DNA from: a virus
Taxonomy: Duplodnaviria; Caudoviricetes
Virus record (IMG/VR): IMGVR_UViG_3300029288_000114
Coordinates: 33,019-97,018 of that record
Reading direction: 5' to 3' (one strand)
DNA length: 64,000 bases
Positions 54,725 to 64,000 of this stretch are shown piece by piece; position 1 is the first letter of the stretch, and every line of letters begins with the position of its first letter. Position numbers and translations under genes: made by a program. Below the pieces are notes generated by a model. That model ran no database searches. It saw nothing but the letters and a program-made list of their open reading frames with translations, and was not told where the DNA came from.

Positions 54725-56018
54725 GGCAGAAGAAGCGGTACTCGGCTGTTTCTTGATTGATCCGGCATACGCATTGTTGTATGCTTCCGAGTTGCGGCCT
54801 GAGCATTTCTATCTGCAAAGGCACCGCTGGATTTACGAGTCCATACTACGCATCTCCGAATCAAAGGTGGATTTCTTAACGCTTACGTCAGACCTAGAGC
54901 AACGCAATACACTGGATGCGGTCGGCGGCATGGCGTATATATCGCAGCTAACCAACTCGGTTCCATCTGCTTCAAGCGTAGAGAGTTATATTGACCTTGT
55001 GGTTAAGGCTGCACATCATCGCGGGCTGATTGATGTGGCATCAAGCATTGTTCGTATGGCGTATGCAGAAGAGGACGTTGATACCATTATTGATGTGGGA
55101 ACCGGAAAACTGCGCAAGTACGGGCTTGGTAGTAATTCAGCCAAGACAGCGGCGGATGGCGCGGAGTACGTCATAGGTAAGGCTGAATACTACAGGCAGA
55201 ATCCGTTACGCAAAGGACAGGTGCGCGGCATTGATACTGGATGGCTAGATGCAAACTTCAATACGGGTGGCTGGCAACGCGGGTATGCCACCTATTGGTT
55301 AGGGTTGCCGCATGTAGGCAAGACCTGGACGATGCTTAATGTTGTGGCTAATACCTGTCGTCTCGGCGGGAGTGCAGGGCTATTCAGCCTGGAGATGTCA
55401 GCGGACACTGACATTGAGCATTATGATAAGGCGTCGTTATGGGAGAGGCTTGTGCTAAGTCGCGCCGGTGTAACGCTAAATGCTTACCGTGACGGTACGC
55501 TGACCGCAGAAGAATACGATAGGCTAAATGAAGCAGCTGATGCAATCTCGCGGTGGGATTTGTGGATAGAGGATAACGTGTATAAGTTTGGGCAAATAGC
55601 TTCTACGGTACATAAGCATAACCGCGAGCGTAAGTTGGATGTTGTGGCAATAGATTACCTAAAGTTGATCGAGTTTGAGTCTGATGCCAGTACAGAAAAC
55701 GACAAGATGGGCGAGCTATGTCGTGCGTTAAAACGGTTAGCTTCGAGTGCCGATGTGTCTCTGCACGTCCCGCAACAGATCAGTGACAAGAAAGTGGCAG
55801 TGCGTGGTGATAAGCGCCCGCAACTCTCGGATGCGTACAACACTGGGCATCTATCACAAGACGCCGATGTAGTGCTAGGCTTGCACAGACCGGACGACGA
55901 TCCTAATTGTATGCAGGTGGAGATATTAAAGGATCGCCCGTCAGGGAATACTGGTAATGGGTGGAACTGGTACATTCATAAGTCGTGGGCGTTCTTGGAT
56001 GCCGCGAGGGGTTCGTAG
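54678..56018 (+). CDS. dnaB: replicative DNA helicase
   Basis: PPHNIEAEEAVLG, GLPHVGKT, FSLEMS, IDYL, RPQLSD, QDADVV. Confidence 0.93.
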   Translation: MTTTATTGKLPPHNIEAEEAVLGCFLIDPAYALLYASELRPEHFYLQRHRWIYESILRISESKVDFLTLTSDLEQRNTLDAVGGMAYISQLTNSVPSASSVESYIDLVVKAAHHRGLIDVASSIVRMAYAEEDVDTIIDVGTGKLRKYGLGSNSAKTAADGAEYVIGKAEYYRQNPLRKGQVRGIDTGWLDANFNTGGWQRGYATYWLGLPHVGKTWTMLNVVANTCRLGGSAGLFSLEMSADTDIEHYDKASLWERLVLSRAGVTLNAYRDGTLTAEEYDRLNEAADAISRWDLWIEDNVYKFGQIASTVHKHNRERKLDVVAIDYLKLIEFESDASTENDKMGELCRALKRLASSADVSLHVPQQISDKKVAVRGDKRPQLSDAYNTGHLSQDADVVLGLHRPDDDPNCMQVEILKDRPSGNTGNGWNWYIHKSWAFLDAARGS

Positions 56019-56333
56019 CTGTCCAGAACTGGACAAGGAGCATAAATGTTAGAGCAAATCATTTTGGATTCACTTGTGAAAGCCGCCATCTCAACCGCCC
56101 TGATAGTTGTGGGGACTGCCATTGGATTATTTGTGCTTAAACTCGTGGGCAGTCTAAGAGATGCAATTTATGCGAACGCGAGCGCGTGGGATGGCGCTCG
56201 TTGCGCTTGTGCTTCGCTAAACGCCCTGATTAAAAGCATTGACGAACACAAAAAAGAAGTTGAGCGCGATTTATTATGCAAATAACCAAGCAATGCTGTC
56301 CGGGGCTGGACAGGATATTCGTCGCGGCAAGGC

Positions 56334-56375
56334 GTGATATTTGTCACTCGTATCCAGGCGAAATCGTGGTAGCAT
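56334..56375 (+). promoter_or_regulatory. activator-dependent promoter
   Basis: GTGATATTTGTCAC-N22-TAGCAT with extended TG. Confidence 0.55.
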
Positions 56376-56405
56376 GTGGATAGAATCGAGCAAAGGAGAA
56401 TAAAT

Positions 56406-57311
56406 ATGTTTACAATTATATCTATTGTTTTATTCGCCGTCGCTATTGGAGTGGCGGCTGCTGCAATAAGTCGCGGATTTGGCGATGATGACTGGGGAGT
56501 AGCTGCAGCCTTTGGCGTTGCCGCGCTGTTGCTCGCGCTATCGGGTTTGTGGGTTCAAACTCATACCATTGTGCCGTCGCAGTTTGTGGGTGTATCCAGG
56601 AACTCTGTGACGCAGGAACTTCGAGCCCCGCTTAATCCAGGCATTGTTAGCAAGCCGTTCTTTGGAAGAGTATATCATTATCCTTGGGCTACGAGCTACG
56701 AGCAATGTCGCACATACACACCAGCGTTAAAGGGCAGCTACGGGATCACTGTAAACCTGTGCTTCTATTTCAACACACAGGGCGTCGATTGGACTGGTGA
56801 GATCAACCGCACCGGATTGTTCAAGTCCGAAGAAATCTTTAACGTATGGGGCAACTCTGTGGTGAGCGACGTGGCCCGCTCCGTTAAAGATTATACGCCA
56901 GAGGAATTAAGCGATAACCGTAGCGCGGTTGAGAGTGCGATCTTTGAGAATGTTTCGCAGTGGTTTGCCGAGCGCGGCGTGCCTCTTCTGCGGGTATCTT
57001 TTGTTAATTGGGACTTCACCAGTCCAGAAGTTGCCAAGTCGTTTGATGAGAGCATTGTTAGTCAACGCCGCATTACCGAGCAAACTGCGCTGCTAGAAGC
57101 CGCAAAGATTTCGCGCGAGCGCATGATGTATGAAGCTGAAACATCTCGCATGGTGTCAGAACAACAGAAGCAATCCCTTGACACCCTGGGGCTAGAGGGG
57201 GATGCAGCAATTGAATATATGTGGATTAAACTATTACAAGACGCCGACAAGGTACCAGACGTAGTTATCCTCGGTACAGCGAATCAGTCTATTGCCGTGC
57301 CGGTAGATTAG
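56406..57311 (+). CDS. SPFH/Band 7 family membrane protein
   Basis: Two N-terminal TMs, VP..FVGV, PG...KP, coiled coil then IEYMWI. Confidence 0.75.
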   Translation: MFTIISIVLFAVAIGVAAAAISRGFGDDDWGVAAAFGVAALLLALSGLWVQTHTIVPSQFVGVSRNSVTQELRAPLNPGIVSKPFFGRVYHYPWATSYEQCRTYTPALKGSYGITVNLCFYFNTQGVDWTGEINRTGLFKSEEIFNVWGNSVVSDVARSVKDYTPEELSDNRSAVESAIFENVSQWFAERGVPLLRVSFVNWDFTSPEVAKSFDESIVSQRRITEQTALLEAAKISRERMMYEAETSRMVSEQQKQSLDTLGLEGDAAIEYMWIKLLQDADKVPDVVILGTANQSIAVPVD

Positions 57312-57321
57312 GACAAGCGCG

Positions 57322-58380
57322 ATGCCATACATTGATACGTGTACATACGAAGAGGTTTACTTTCCTACGCACGCATACATTTTTACCGGCCCGTGCGTGG
57401 TCACTGGCAAGCCGTACAGCGTGTGTATTCCTGCACAAGCACTATTCTCGTATCGTCATGGCGCATACATCCAGGACGCGATGTGGATGTTGCCGCCAGA
57501 AGATCGCGAGTTCGTGATGACCGGCATCTCGCCCGAAGGGTGGGAACAGATGTTCGGGAGTGACGATGAATAGCATACACGCAAACCTATTTGTCACGAA
57601 GGCAGATGTTGTCGCTCGTCTGCGCGAGATCGGGGTAGAGCCAACAGACGAGGCCGTTTTTGCAACTATTGGCTCAATGTGCAACATTGCCTATGCGTGG
57701 GCTACAGCATGGCTACAAGACCTTACGGCAGATAGGGTCGAGTCAATCTTGGAGGGCGATGATGATTAGCGTTAATTTAGACGGTAGCGTTACCGCTGAG
57801 ACGAGCGATATTGGACTTTGTGGGTACATTCATTTGCACGCCGACGAGCGTGGGTATGTCTACGCATGGACAAACGCATACGAGAATCCCACTTGTTTGA
57901 AAGTGTCTCGTAAAAATTATACTGTAGTTCTGTTTCAGTTTGAGGACGGGATATTCGCCGACGAATACTTCGAGGAAAATCCACTCGCCGACCACGAGTA
58001 TCTGATCTGGCTCGGAAAGGAGTAACAATGGGATACGAATATATTGTTGCGGCATTCGCGGCAGCGTTGATTATCGGCGCGATCTCGCGCGTGTTCATTG
58101 ATCGCAAGTCCTGGATGGTCTTGATTGTCCTGCTTGTGTTAATCTGCGTGGCTCTATGGGCGGTGATGCGATGAAAAGTATAGAATTGTTCGAGGCATGT
58201 CTTGGCGTAGCGATGCAAGAGGTTGGGTTCAATGAACACATTGCGGCACTCGCCCAACTTGGCATCGATACGCTTGGTCGCTCAAATAGGCTGCTTGCAC
58301 TAGCCAACGGCAATCCAGACCTGCCAGACGATGTTGAATGGTTGTTCAATACAATGCGAAGCGAGGTGCGGGATGAGTAG
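57322..58380 (+). other. small hypothetical CDSs (57322-57573, 57566-57769, ~57759-58025, 58171-58380)
   Basis: Packed ORFs; the first has IQDA...L.PEDREF.MTGI.PE.W phage motif. Confidence 0.55.
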
Positions 58381-58939
58381 ACAGCAAAGTAGGCTTGGGT
58401 TTCTTGGATTTTTCTTTATTGGCGGGTTCTTGTTGCTGTTCGGGCGGGTTATTCTACAGCAAGCCTCTGTCACTGGACTTGATTTAGGAACATACACAGC
58501 CAGCAAGCAGACATACGACATCGTGCAAGCGATTGATTACGAGTCGTTGTGGGAACAGGTCGCGGTTTACGATTTACCGCAACAGACTGTACACCCGCTG
58601 CTAGAGAGTCGCGCTGGCGTGATTGATACCAGCTCTGATATTACCGTGCATCTTGGATCGCACGCCGAATCTCACGGCGCAGAAGCGGAGTTGGCGCGAC
58701 AGTGTTTCGGGCAACACGGCACGCTGGCGTTGTTCAAGTTTACGCACGATGATCGCTACGCTCGTTTGTGTCAATATGATGACGGATGGATTGTCGTGCA
58801 GTTTTTGAAGCGCATTGCGGATAAAGAATATATCGAAGTCAGTGCGTATGTGCCACACCTCACCGATGTATCGTTTGCCGGTATCCGTGACTGGCTGCTT
58901 AAGTGTGGGTTTAGCGCATTCAAGGGGCCGTTGCCATGA
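58373..58939 (+). CDS. membrane-anchored hypothetical protein
   Basis: N-terminal TM. Confidence 0.55.
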   Translation: MSRQQSRLGFLGFFFIGGFLLLFGRVILQQASVTGLDLGTYTASKQTYDIVQAIDYESLWEQVAVYDLPQQTVHPLLESRAGVIDTSSDITVHLGSHAESHGAEAELARQCFGQHGTLALFKFTHDDRYARLCQYDDGWIVVQFLKRIADKEYIEVSAYVPHLTDVSFAGIRDWLLKCGFSAFKGPLP

Positions 58940-59490
58940 CAAAGTGGTTTACCGCAGATTGGCACATGGGACATGCAAATATTCTCGAATATTGCCACCG
59001 CCCATTTTTCGAGGCGTCCGTGATGGATAGTGCAATTATTGACAGGCACAACTCTGTCGTTGGCGACGACGACGATGTGTTTGTGCTTGGTGATGTTACA
59101 CTTCTGGGACTCCCCGCGATGCGCGAGTATATTGGGGCAATGAACGGGAATATTGCCGTCGTCCCTGGTGGGCATGACTGGCGCTGGTTGCGCGGATATA
59201 AAGAGGGTGTTAAACCAGTATCCAGGTCTGGATACGATCTCATGGTTTTTCCTCCTTTGTACACTCTTGAACTTGAAGAGGGCGAAAGATACCCATTTGT
59301 TATTGTGCTCTGTCATTATGCAATGCGTGTATGGGATCGCTCGCATTACGGCTCGTTGCATCTATACGGCCACTCTCACGGTATGCTTCCTGGGATTGGG
59401 CGCAGTATGGACGTTGGGGTTGATACTAATAATTTTTATCCATATTCACTCGAAGAAATCAAGGAGAAGCTATGCCAGAACCAACAGTAA
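58936..59490 (+). CDS. calcineurin-like metallophosphoesterase
   Basis: FTADWHMGH, VLGD, PGGHD, LCHY, HLYGHSH, DVGVD. Confidence 0.88.
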   Translation: MTKWFTADWHMGHANILEYCHRPFFEASVMDSAIIDRHNSVVGDDDDVFVLGDVTLLGLPAMREYIGAMNGNIAVVPGGHDWRWLRGYKEGVKPVSRSGYDLMVFPPLYTLELEEGERYPFVIVLCHYAMRVWDRSHYGSLHLYGHSHGMLPGIGRSMDVGVDTNNFYPYSLEEIKEKLCQNQQ

Positions 59491-59712
59491 CACCAACGCC
59501 TTATCCAACACTTAATGCGTGGATTCCATATCCAACACCGACTCCATTTGTGTCGGTGTTGCCAACGCCGAGTTACGGTGCAACATCTAGCGTGGCGATC
59601 TCTCGTGGAGACGCTGCAACGAGTATTTGGCTTGCGGTTGCGCTCATTCTTGGAATTGCTACATTCGCACTGTCGTGTTACAATCGGCGCAAGTAAATGC
59701 GACAACCTACAC

Positions 59713-59740
59713 TTGACTCTAGCAGCGATTGTGGTACAAT
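59713..59740 (+). promoter_or_regulatory. sigma70-type promoter
   Basis: TTGACT-N16-TACAAT with extended TG. Confidence 0.7.
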
Positions 59741-59746
59741 CACATT

Positions 59747-60060
59747 GCGGTCAAGAGAGTCGCATTAGGCGATTCGTTGGAATAGTCCACTTGACTACTA
59801 AGGCGGAAGCGCGTAGTCGGGTCGCGCTGATATAGTCTTCGATCTGGTGAACGTTGCTCGTCTGTGACGCGAAAGCCCTAGGTGAGTTGTCTCGCAGATT
59901 ATATAGGGGTTTAGAGCAACCTCTTCTGATTACCGAGCCAGAAGCCGGAACGCGCCCGCCCGGCCCGCCCGTAAAATCAAGACTCCGCCAGTACCGCAAA
60001 CTTGCGGGGTTCGAGTCCCCGTAGCAGCGAAAAAACGTGACTGGCGGGGTCGTTAAGAGC
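59747..60060 (+). ncRNA. candidate structured ncRNA or long leader with a tRNA-like T-arm
   Basis: No credible ORF; multiple helices; GCGGGG-TTCGAGT-CCCCGT enclosed by a 12-bp stem. Confidence 0.5.
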
Positions 60061-60079
60061 ACGGTTTTTGGGGGATCAA

Positions 60080-60817
60080 ATGAAATACGCGACGTTTGAC
60101 CTGGAGATTTGGCGAGAGATTCCAGATGGATGTGATGATATAGCGCCGTATCGTCCTCTTGGTATTACTTGTGCAGCAATCTGTATTGTTGACGACGGCG
60201 TTCGTGTGGTAGAGAATTTCACCCCGCATGTATTAGAGAGTGGAGAATACGCCAACTCGATGTCTGCGCAACAATGTCGAGAGATGGTTAATCGCCTTGT
60301 GTTTTTATATCATCAGGGCTACGACATCGTAAGCTGGAATGGGCTAGGCTTTGACTTTGACGTGCTTGCCGAAGAGGTGCGTGACACCGAATACGCCAAG
60401 CGGGTTGCCGATTTAGCCTTGCACAGTGTTGATCCGGCGTTTGTGATGCTGTGCGCCAAGGGCTATATGATTGGGCTTAACACTGCCGCGAAAGGGCTTG
60501 GCGTAGAAGGTAAGACCGAGGGGATGCACGGCGATCTTGCTCCGCAGATGTGGCGACAAGGGCGTGCGCAACAGAACAAGGTGGTCGAATATGTTGAGCA
60601 AGACGTGATCGCCACCGCAAATGTGTACGAAGCCATGCCGAAATTTCGCGGAGTGCAATGGACTTCACGTACCGGGCGTTTGAATTTTTGGAAACTACCA
60701 AAGAGCGATTTTAATGTCAGCGACGGGCTTGCGCTTCCAGAGCCGGATACATCCTGGATGTCTAATCCGCGCACTAGAACATCTGTCTATGCCTGGACAG
60801 CCAAATATCTCGATTAG
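60080..60817 (+). CDS. RNase H-like 3'-5' exonuclease domain protein
   Basis: TFDLEI, SWNGLGFDF, EYVEQDV (DEDDy-like). Confidence 0.75.
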   Translation: MKYATFDLEIWREIPDGCDDIAPYRPLGITCAAICIVDDGVRVVENFTPHVLESGEYANSMSAQQCREMVNRLVFLYHQGYDIVSWNGLGFDFDVLAEEVRDTEYAKRVADLALHSVDPAFVMLCAKGYMIGLNTAAKGLGVEGKTEGMHGDLAPQMWRQGRAQQNKVVEYVEQDVIATANVYEAMPKFRGVQWTSRTGRLNFWKLPKSDFNVSDGLALPEPDTSWMSNPRTRTSVYAWTAKYLD

Positions 60818-61082
60818 GGGTTGACTATGATTGTGCGCAGAAAGTTTGGAATCAGTTTGCTTGGCTCGATCTTCAAGTTCGACCTTGGCTGGTTCAGCGG
60901 AGAGCCGTGGTCACTATTCCGCCTAATTGTGTTCGAGAACTTTGGTGGCTATATGTGCGTGTTCCAAATCCAGATCGCTAAGTTTCTTGTGCAGTTCGGC
61001 GTGGATGGGTGGGAACAAAGGTATTGGCTGTTTATCTTGCCTGTATTATTGATTGCTTTGTTAAATCACAAGGAGAAACGCA

Positions 61083-61919
61083 ATGTCTAAATCTGATACT
61101 ACTATTAATCTTGATGCCGCACTGGTCAAGGCTCAGGCGGAGATGCCGGTGGTGGAGTTTGATGCCACGAATCCGTTCCTAAAGAATAAATATGCGTCGC
61201 TTGGTGCCGTTATTCGTGCCATTCGTCCGGTTCTGGCGAAACACGGGCTTGGGTTTGTGCAGTTTCCTGTGTCTGATGCGGTTGGCGGCGTTGGCGTGGA
61301 GTCTACAGTGATCCATTCTAGCGGAGAGTGGCGTAGCGAGCGGTTCTACCTGCCAGCGGGTAAAGAGACGGGTAAGTCGTCAGCGCAGGTTGCAGGGTCA
61401 ATCGTCTCGTATCTGCGGCGCTACGCACTCGCGGCAATGTTTAGCTTATATGCCGACGAGGATACCGATGGCGGTAAAGGAAACAGCGGAGCGCAACAGG
61501 CGCAACCGGTCTCCGCATTCTCGTTTGATGACGCTATTCTTCTTGGTGTTGACGCTAACAAAGAAGCAGAAATGGCGTTGCGCGAAGATGGCGTTGGAAC
61601 TCTGGCGCGCATTGAGATGTTGCGTCGTGTACCGACAGACGCTTCGGCAAGCGCTGTTGCTACAGTATTCGGTGATTCGGTCAAGTTGTTTTACAAGGAC
61701 TATGACGCGCTTCGCGCGCTTGCCGGGCTGACTCGTGGCGAGAAAGACAAGGAGTACAACGAGCTGGCGAATGACTTGTTCGGGCATAAGGCATCCACAA
61801 TTGGCGAGCTTCTGTGGATGTGGCGCATTATGTCACACATGGCGAATGGCTCTACGCGCGAATATCTTGTGAATTGGTATCGCGCCCTGAACACGCAAAC
61901 GAGTACTGATGGCGACTGA
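61083..61919 (+). CDS. ERF-family ssDNA-annealing protein
   Basis: NPFLKNKYASL, HSSGEW, QVAGS.VSYLRRYAL, DEDTDG. Confidence 0.9.
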   Translation: MSKSDTTINLDAALVKAQAEMPVVEFDATNPFLKNKYASLGAVIRAIRPVLAKHGLGFVQFPVSDAVGGVGVESTVIHSSGEWRSERFYLPAGKETGKSSAQVAGSIVSYLRRYALAAMFSLYADEDTDGGKGNSGAQQAQPVSAFSFDDAILLGVDANKEAEMALREDGVGTLARIEMLRRVPTDASASAVATVFGDSVKLFYKDYDALRALAGLTRGEKDKEYNELANDLFGHKASTIGELLWMWRIMSHMANGSTREYLVNWYRALNTQTSTDGD

Positions 61920-62874
61920 TCTAATTTTACAGCGGGAGCGTATCGCGCGAATCGAAGAGGACTTGAAAGTAATTTTAAGCCCTCTCTCCGTTCCGCTCGA
62001 CTTCGATAACTTATGGCGGCGCATGGAGTTCGCGTGTCGCCTAGAAGATGTCGCAAGCGTTGCGGCGCAGGTGTTCTTTAGCATGGCGATGTACACCGGT
62101 GCGTGGGCGCAAGCAATGGAACGCTATTGGTACGATCCATTGACGGGCGATCATTATGATGCGCAGGACGACGCGCCAGATGATGCGCGGCTGCGGTTAC
62201 AGTGGCGTGAGTTACGCCGATGGGATACGCAGGAACAGTTTGTGCAATACGCCAAGCAGTTTCGCCCACGCTCTACGCTGTGGCATAGGCACACATGCCT
62301 GATGGCAAAGATCGCTTTGTGGAAACATTCTACAAAGAATTACGGGGACGACGTTGACATCCCTATCGAGGTATTCTATGAATTTGCGCGCGGCGTTGTC
62401 TTGGCCCCGGCAATCACCGGGGTAATAAAGCGAGACGTAATCAGTGTCAAGCCTATCGATGGCGAGTTCGAGGTGGTCAACGAGAAAGCGGTTAGCCGGA
62501 TGATGCCGGATGGCGTTCTGCCGCCGAAGGATCATCCAGATTATAAATCCGAAGTCGCCACTGCAATTCTCAGTACAATCTCGGACTTGGAAAATACAGC
62601 CGAGACCAGCCGCGTGTCTACGGCAAACGTGCTGCTGAAGACCGACTTCTTAGGCGAGGCTGACATCAGGGCATGGCTTGCGTCTGTTGAGGACGGAGAT
62701 TGTATTAGATTACAGGTAACATATCCGCCAGACGACGATGGGGGTTTGCTTCCTGTTGAATTCTATAAGATATTGATTGTTAGAGACACTGGCGAAATAG
62801 TACCATATAGCAATCTTGGAAAAGCCGTGCGCGGATGGGTGGATAGACGGATTGGATTTAGGCGTATAACCTAG
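61909..62874 (+). CDS. hypothetical protein
   Basis: 321-aa ORF coupled to ERF. Confidence 0.7.
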   Translation: MATDLILQRERIARIEEDLKVILSPLSVPLDFDNLWRRMEFACRLEDVASVAAQVFFSMAMYTGAWAQAMERYWYDPLTGDHYDAQDDAPDDARLRLQWRELRRWDTQEQFVQYAKQFRPRSTLWHRHTCLMAKIALWKHSTKNYGDDVDIPIEVFYEFARGVVLAPAITGVIKRDVISVKPIDGEFEVVNEKAVSRMMPDGVLPPKDHPDYKSEVATAILSTISDLENTAETSRVSTANVLLKTDFLGEADIRAWLASVEDGDCIRLQVTYPPDDDGGLLPVEFYKILIVRDTGEIVPYSNLGKAVRGWVDRRIGFRRIT

Positions 62875-63638
62875 CGTTGCCCAATTAGCTGCGCCAGAAT
62901 TGATTCTTTGGAGTCGGAGCGCATTACACACCAGATGTCCTCTGGGTATGAGGACGAAAGAGTGTGATAAAAAGTGGCTTCCACCATTGGGGTGAGAGTC
63001 ATTTCTTTTGCAAACATTAAGAACTGTGCGGCTTTGTTCTCTTTGCTAACATTGTTGTTTGTAATAATCGCGGTAACGTATACGGGCTTTTTGTAGAGCA
63101 GGATGTTACTACGCACGCTCCACTCTGCGGCCATCAAATCGTCGAGGTTGCCGCGCCGCCCCTTCCACGAGACTGCCAGCGACATAAAGTCCGCCTCTTC
63201 GATAGCTTCAAACGCTTCGCGACGAAATATGTCGCTATTCGATCTGTAGCTACCAACGCTGTCGCCCTCTTCCAGCTTTGGAAACCCGAATAGCGCGTTT
63301 GGAAACTCGCGGCGCAGATCGCGCACTACTTGTATCCACCACATTGCGAAGTCGCGTCCATTTGCGTGTGTCCAAGTTAGTCCGCCGCGCATACTATTGG
63401 GCCAGTAATGTATCTCGAAATGGCGGCATCCGGCGTCGTATGCCGGTGCGATTTCCGCGACACATCCGGCAACATATTTCTTATATTTATCCAGTAGCGG
63501 TGCTACCTGCCCAAGAATGAAATAGCCCTGCGGGAATGGCAACTTCGCTAACACATTCAGGGCTTCCAGCTTCGCGGCCTTAATAGTATCGTAATCTTCT
63601 TCGGTGAACTGGTCTAGTTTCGTTGCGCCTATTTTCAT
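62871..63638 (-). CDS. hypothetical protein (possibly a degenerate TIM-barrel hydrolase)
   Basis: Long ORF; FEIHYWPN and KKPVYVT resemble GH-like strand ends lacking catalytic Glu. Confidence 0.55.
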   Translation of the reverse strand: MKIGATKLDQFTEEDYDTIKAAKLEALNVLAKLPFPQGYFILGQVAPLLDKYKKYVAGCVAEIAPAYDAGCRHFEIHYWPNSMRGGLTWTHANGRDFAMWWIQVVRDLRREFPNALFGFPKLEEGDSVGSYRSNSDIFRREAFEAIEEADFMSLAVSWKGRRGNLDDLMAAEWSVRSNILLYKKPVYVTAIITNNNVSKENKAAQFLMFAKEMTLTPMVEATFYHTLSSSYPEDIWCVMRSDSKESILAQLIGQR

Positions 63639-63646
63639 AGAATCTT

Positions 63647-63688
63647 CGCGCTGGAAACCCCTGTTTTCAAACAGGGGAGGAAAGCGCG
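63647..63688 (+). mobile_element. IS200/IS605-like left-end hairpin
   Basis: GAAA-CCCCTGTTTTCAAACAGGGG-AGGAAAGCG. Confidence 0.55.
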
Positions 63689-63781
63689 CCTCCAATTTAA
63701 GTTTGACATTTTACCCATTCGTGTTAATATATGAATGTAGCATTTCACACAGCACGCAATCAAGAGCGAATAAGGAGATAT

Positions 63782-63928
63782 ATGGCGGCGCGTCCGAAAC
63801 TATCAACGGAAGATATTTTAAGAATATGTAAATTGTACATGGATGGTAAATCCTCTACAGAAATAGCCCGACAATTTTCAGTCTCGCATACAGCGGTCTT
63901 AAACAGATTAAAACAAAACGGCATGTGA
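63782..63928 (+). CDS. HTH protein fragment, probably truncated by an IS end
   Basis: LYMDGKSSTEIARQFSVSHTAVLNRLK; stop falls in the IS end; promoter TTGACA-N16-TAATAT at 63703. Confidence 0.55.
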   Translation: MAARPKLSTEDILRICKLYMDGKSSTEIARQFSVSHTAVLNRLKQNGM

Positions 63929-64000
63929 CTACTCCCCTGTTTGAAAACAGGGGCTTCCCCGACTACGCATAGTGCCATCACTTACGTTAGCGTCGGGCGG
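63925..64000 (-). mobile_element. IS200/IS605-like right end (TnpB omega-RNA 3' region); element continues beyond the window
   Basis: Minus strand reads GGAAG-CCCCTGTTTTCAAACAGGGG-AGTAGTCAC. Confidence 0.6.

Noticed and set aside
59747-60060. tmRNA, RNase P RNA or canonical tRNA
   Set aside because: Only a T-arm is present; no matching acceptor stem or CCA, tag ORF or RNase P conserved regions seen

Overview
Most likely part of a large dsDNA phage or phage-plasmid genome. No virion structural genes are visible, so this identity is inferred from dense small ORFs with AAGGAG RBSs and from replication, recombination and nucleotide genes: RecA, class II RNR with an intein, ThyX, SSB, DnaB, ERF, an RNA ligase, two DNA methyltransferases and two FtsK-like ATPases. 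Layout: a + strand block (1-8.4 kb); a long - strand block (8.4-28.2 kb); a ~1.9 kb AT-rich non-coding divergence region; a + strand block (30.2-62.9 kb) that opens with dozens of small orphan genes; and IS200/IS605-like end hairpins at the right edge. The standout candidate new system is at 8.4-12.6 kb. An intein-containing radical SAM/SPASM enzyme with an atypical Cx7Cx6C motif is followed directly by four otherwise unrelated proteins that all begin with MK(I/T/K)RxGFV(T/A)NSSS(S/T)(S/T)(F/Y), which suggests a leader-directed protein modification system. The second major signal is a 17-bp palindrome, TGTAAAATSATTTTACA, present about 23 times at gene junctions in 30.1-42.1 kb and often supplying the upstream stop codon. 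Other signals: a window-wide 16-bp palindrome TGTCCAG-N2-CTGGACA, CRP/FNR-type class II promoter architecture, LexA-like boxes, an aberrant tRNA, and a ~300-nt structured ncRNA candidate with a T-arm. All calls come from manual motif reading; no searches were run.
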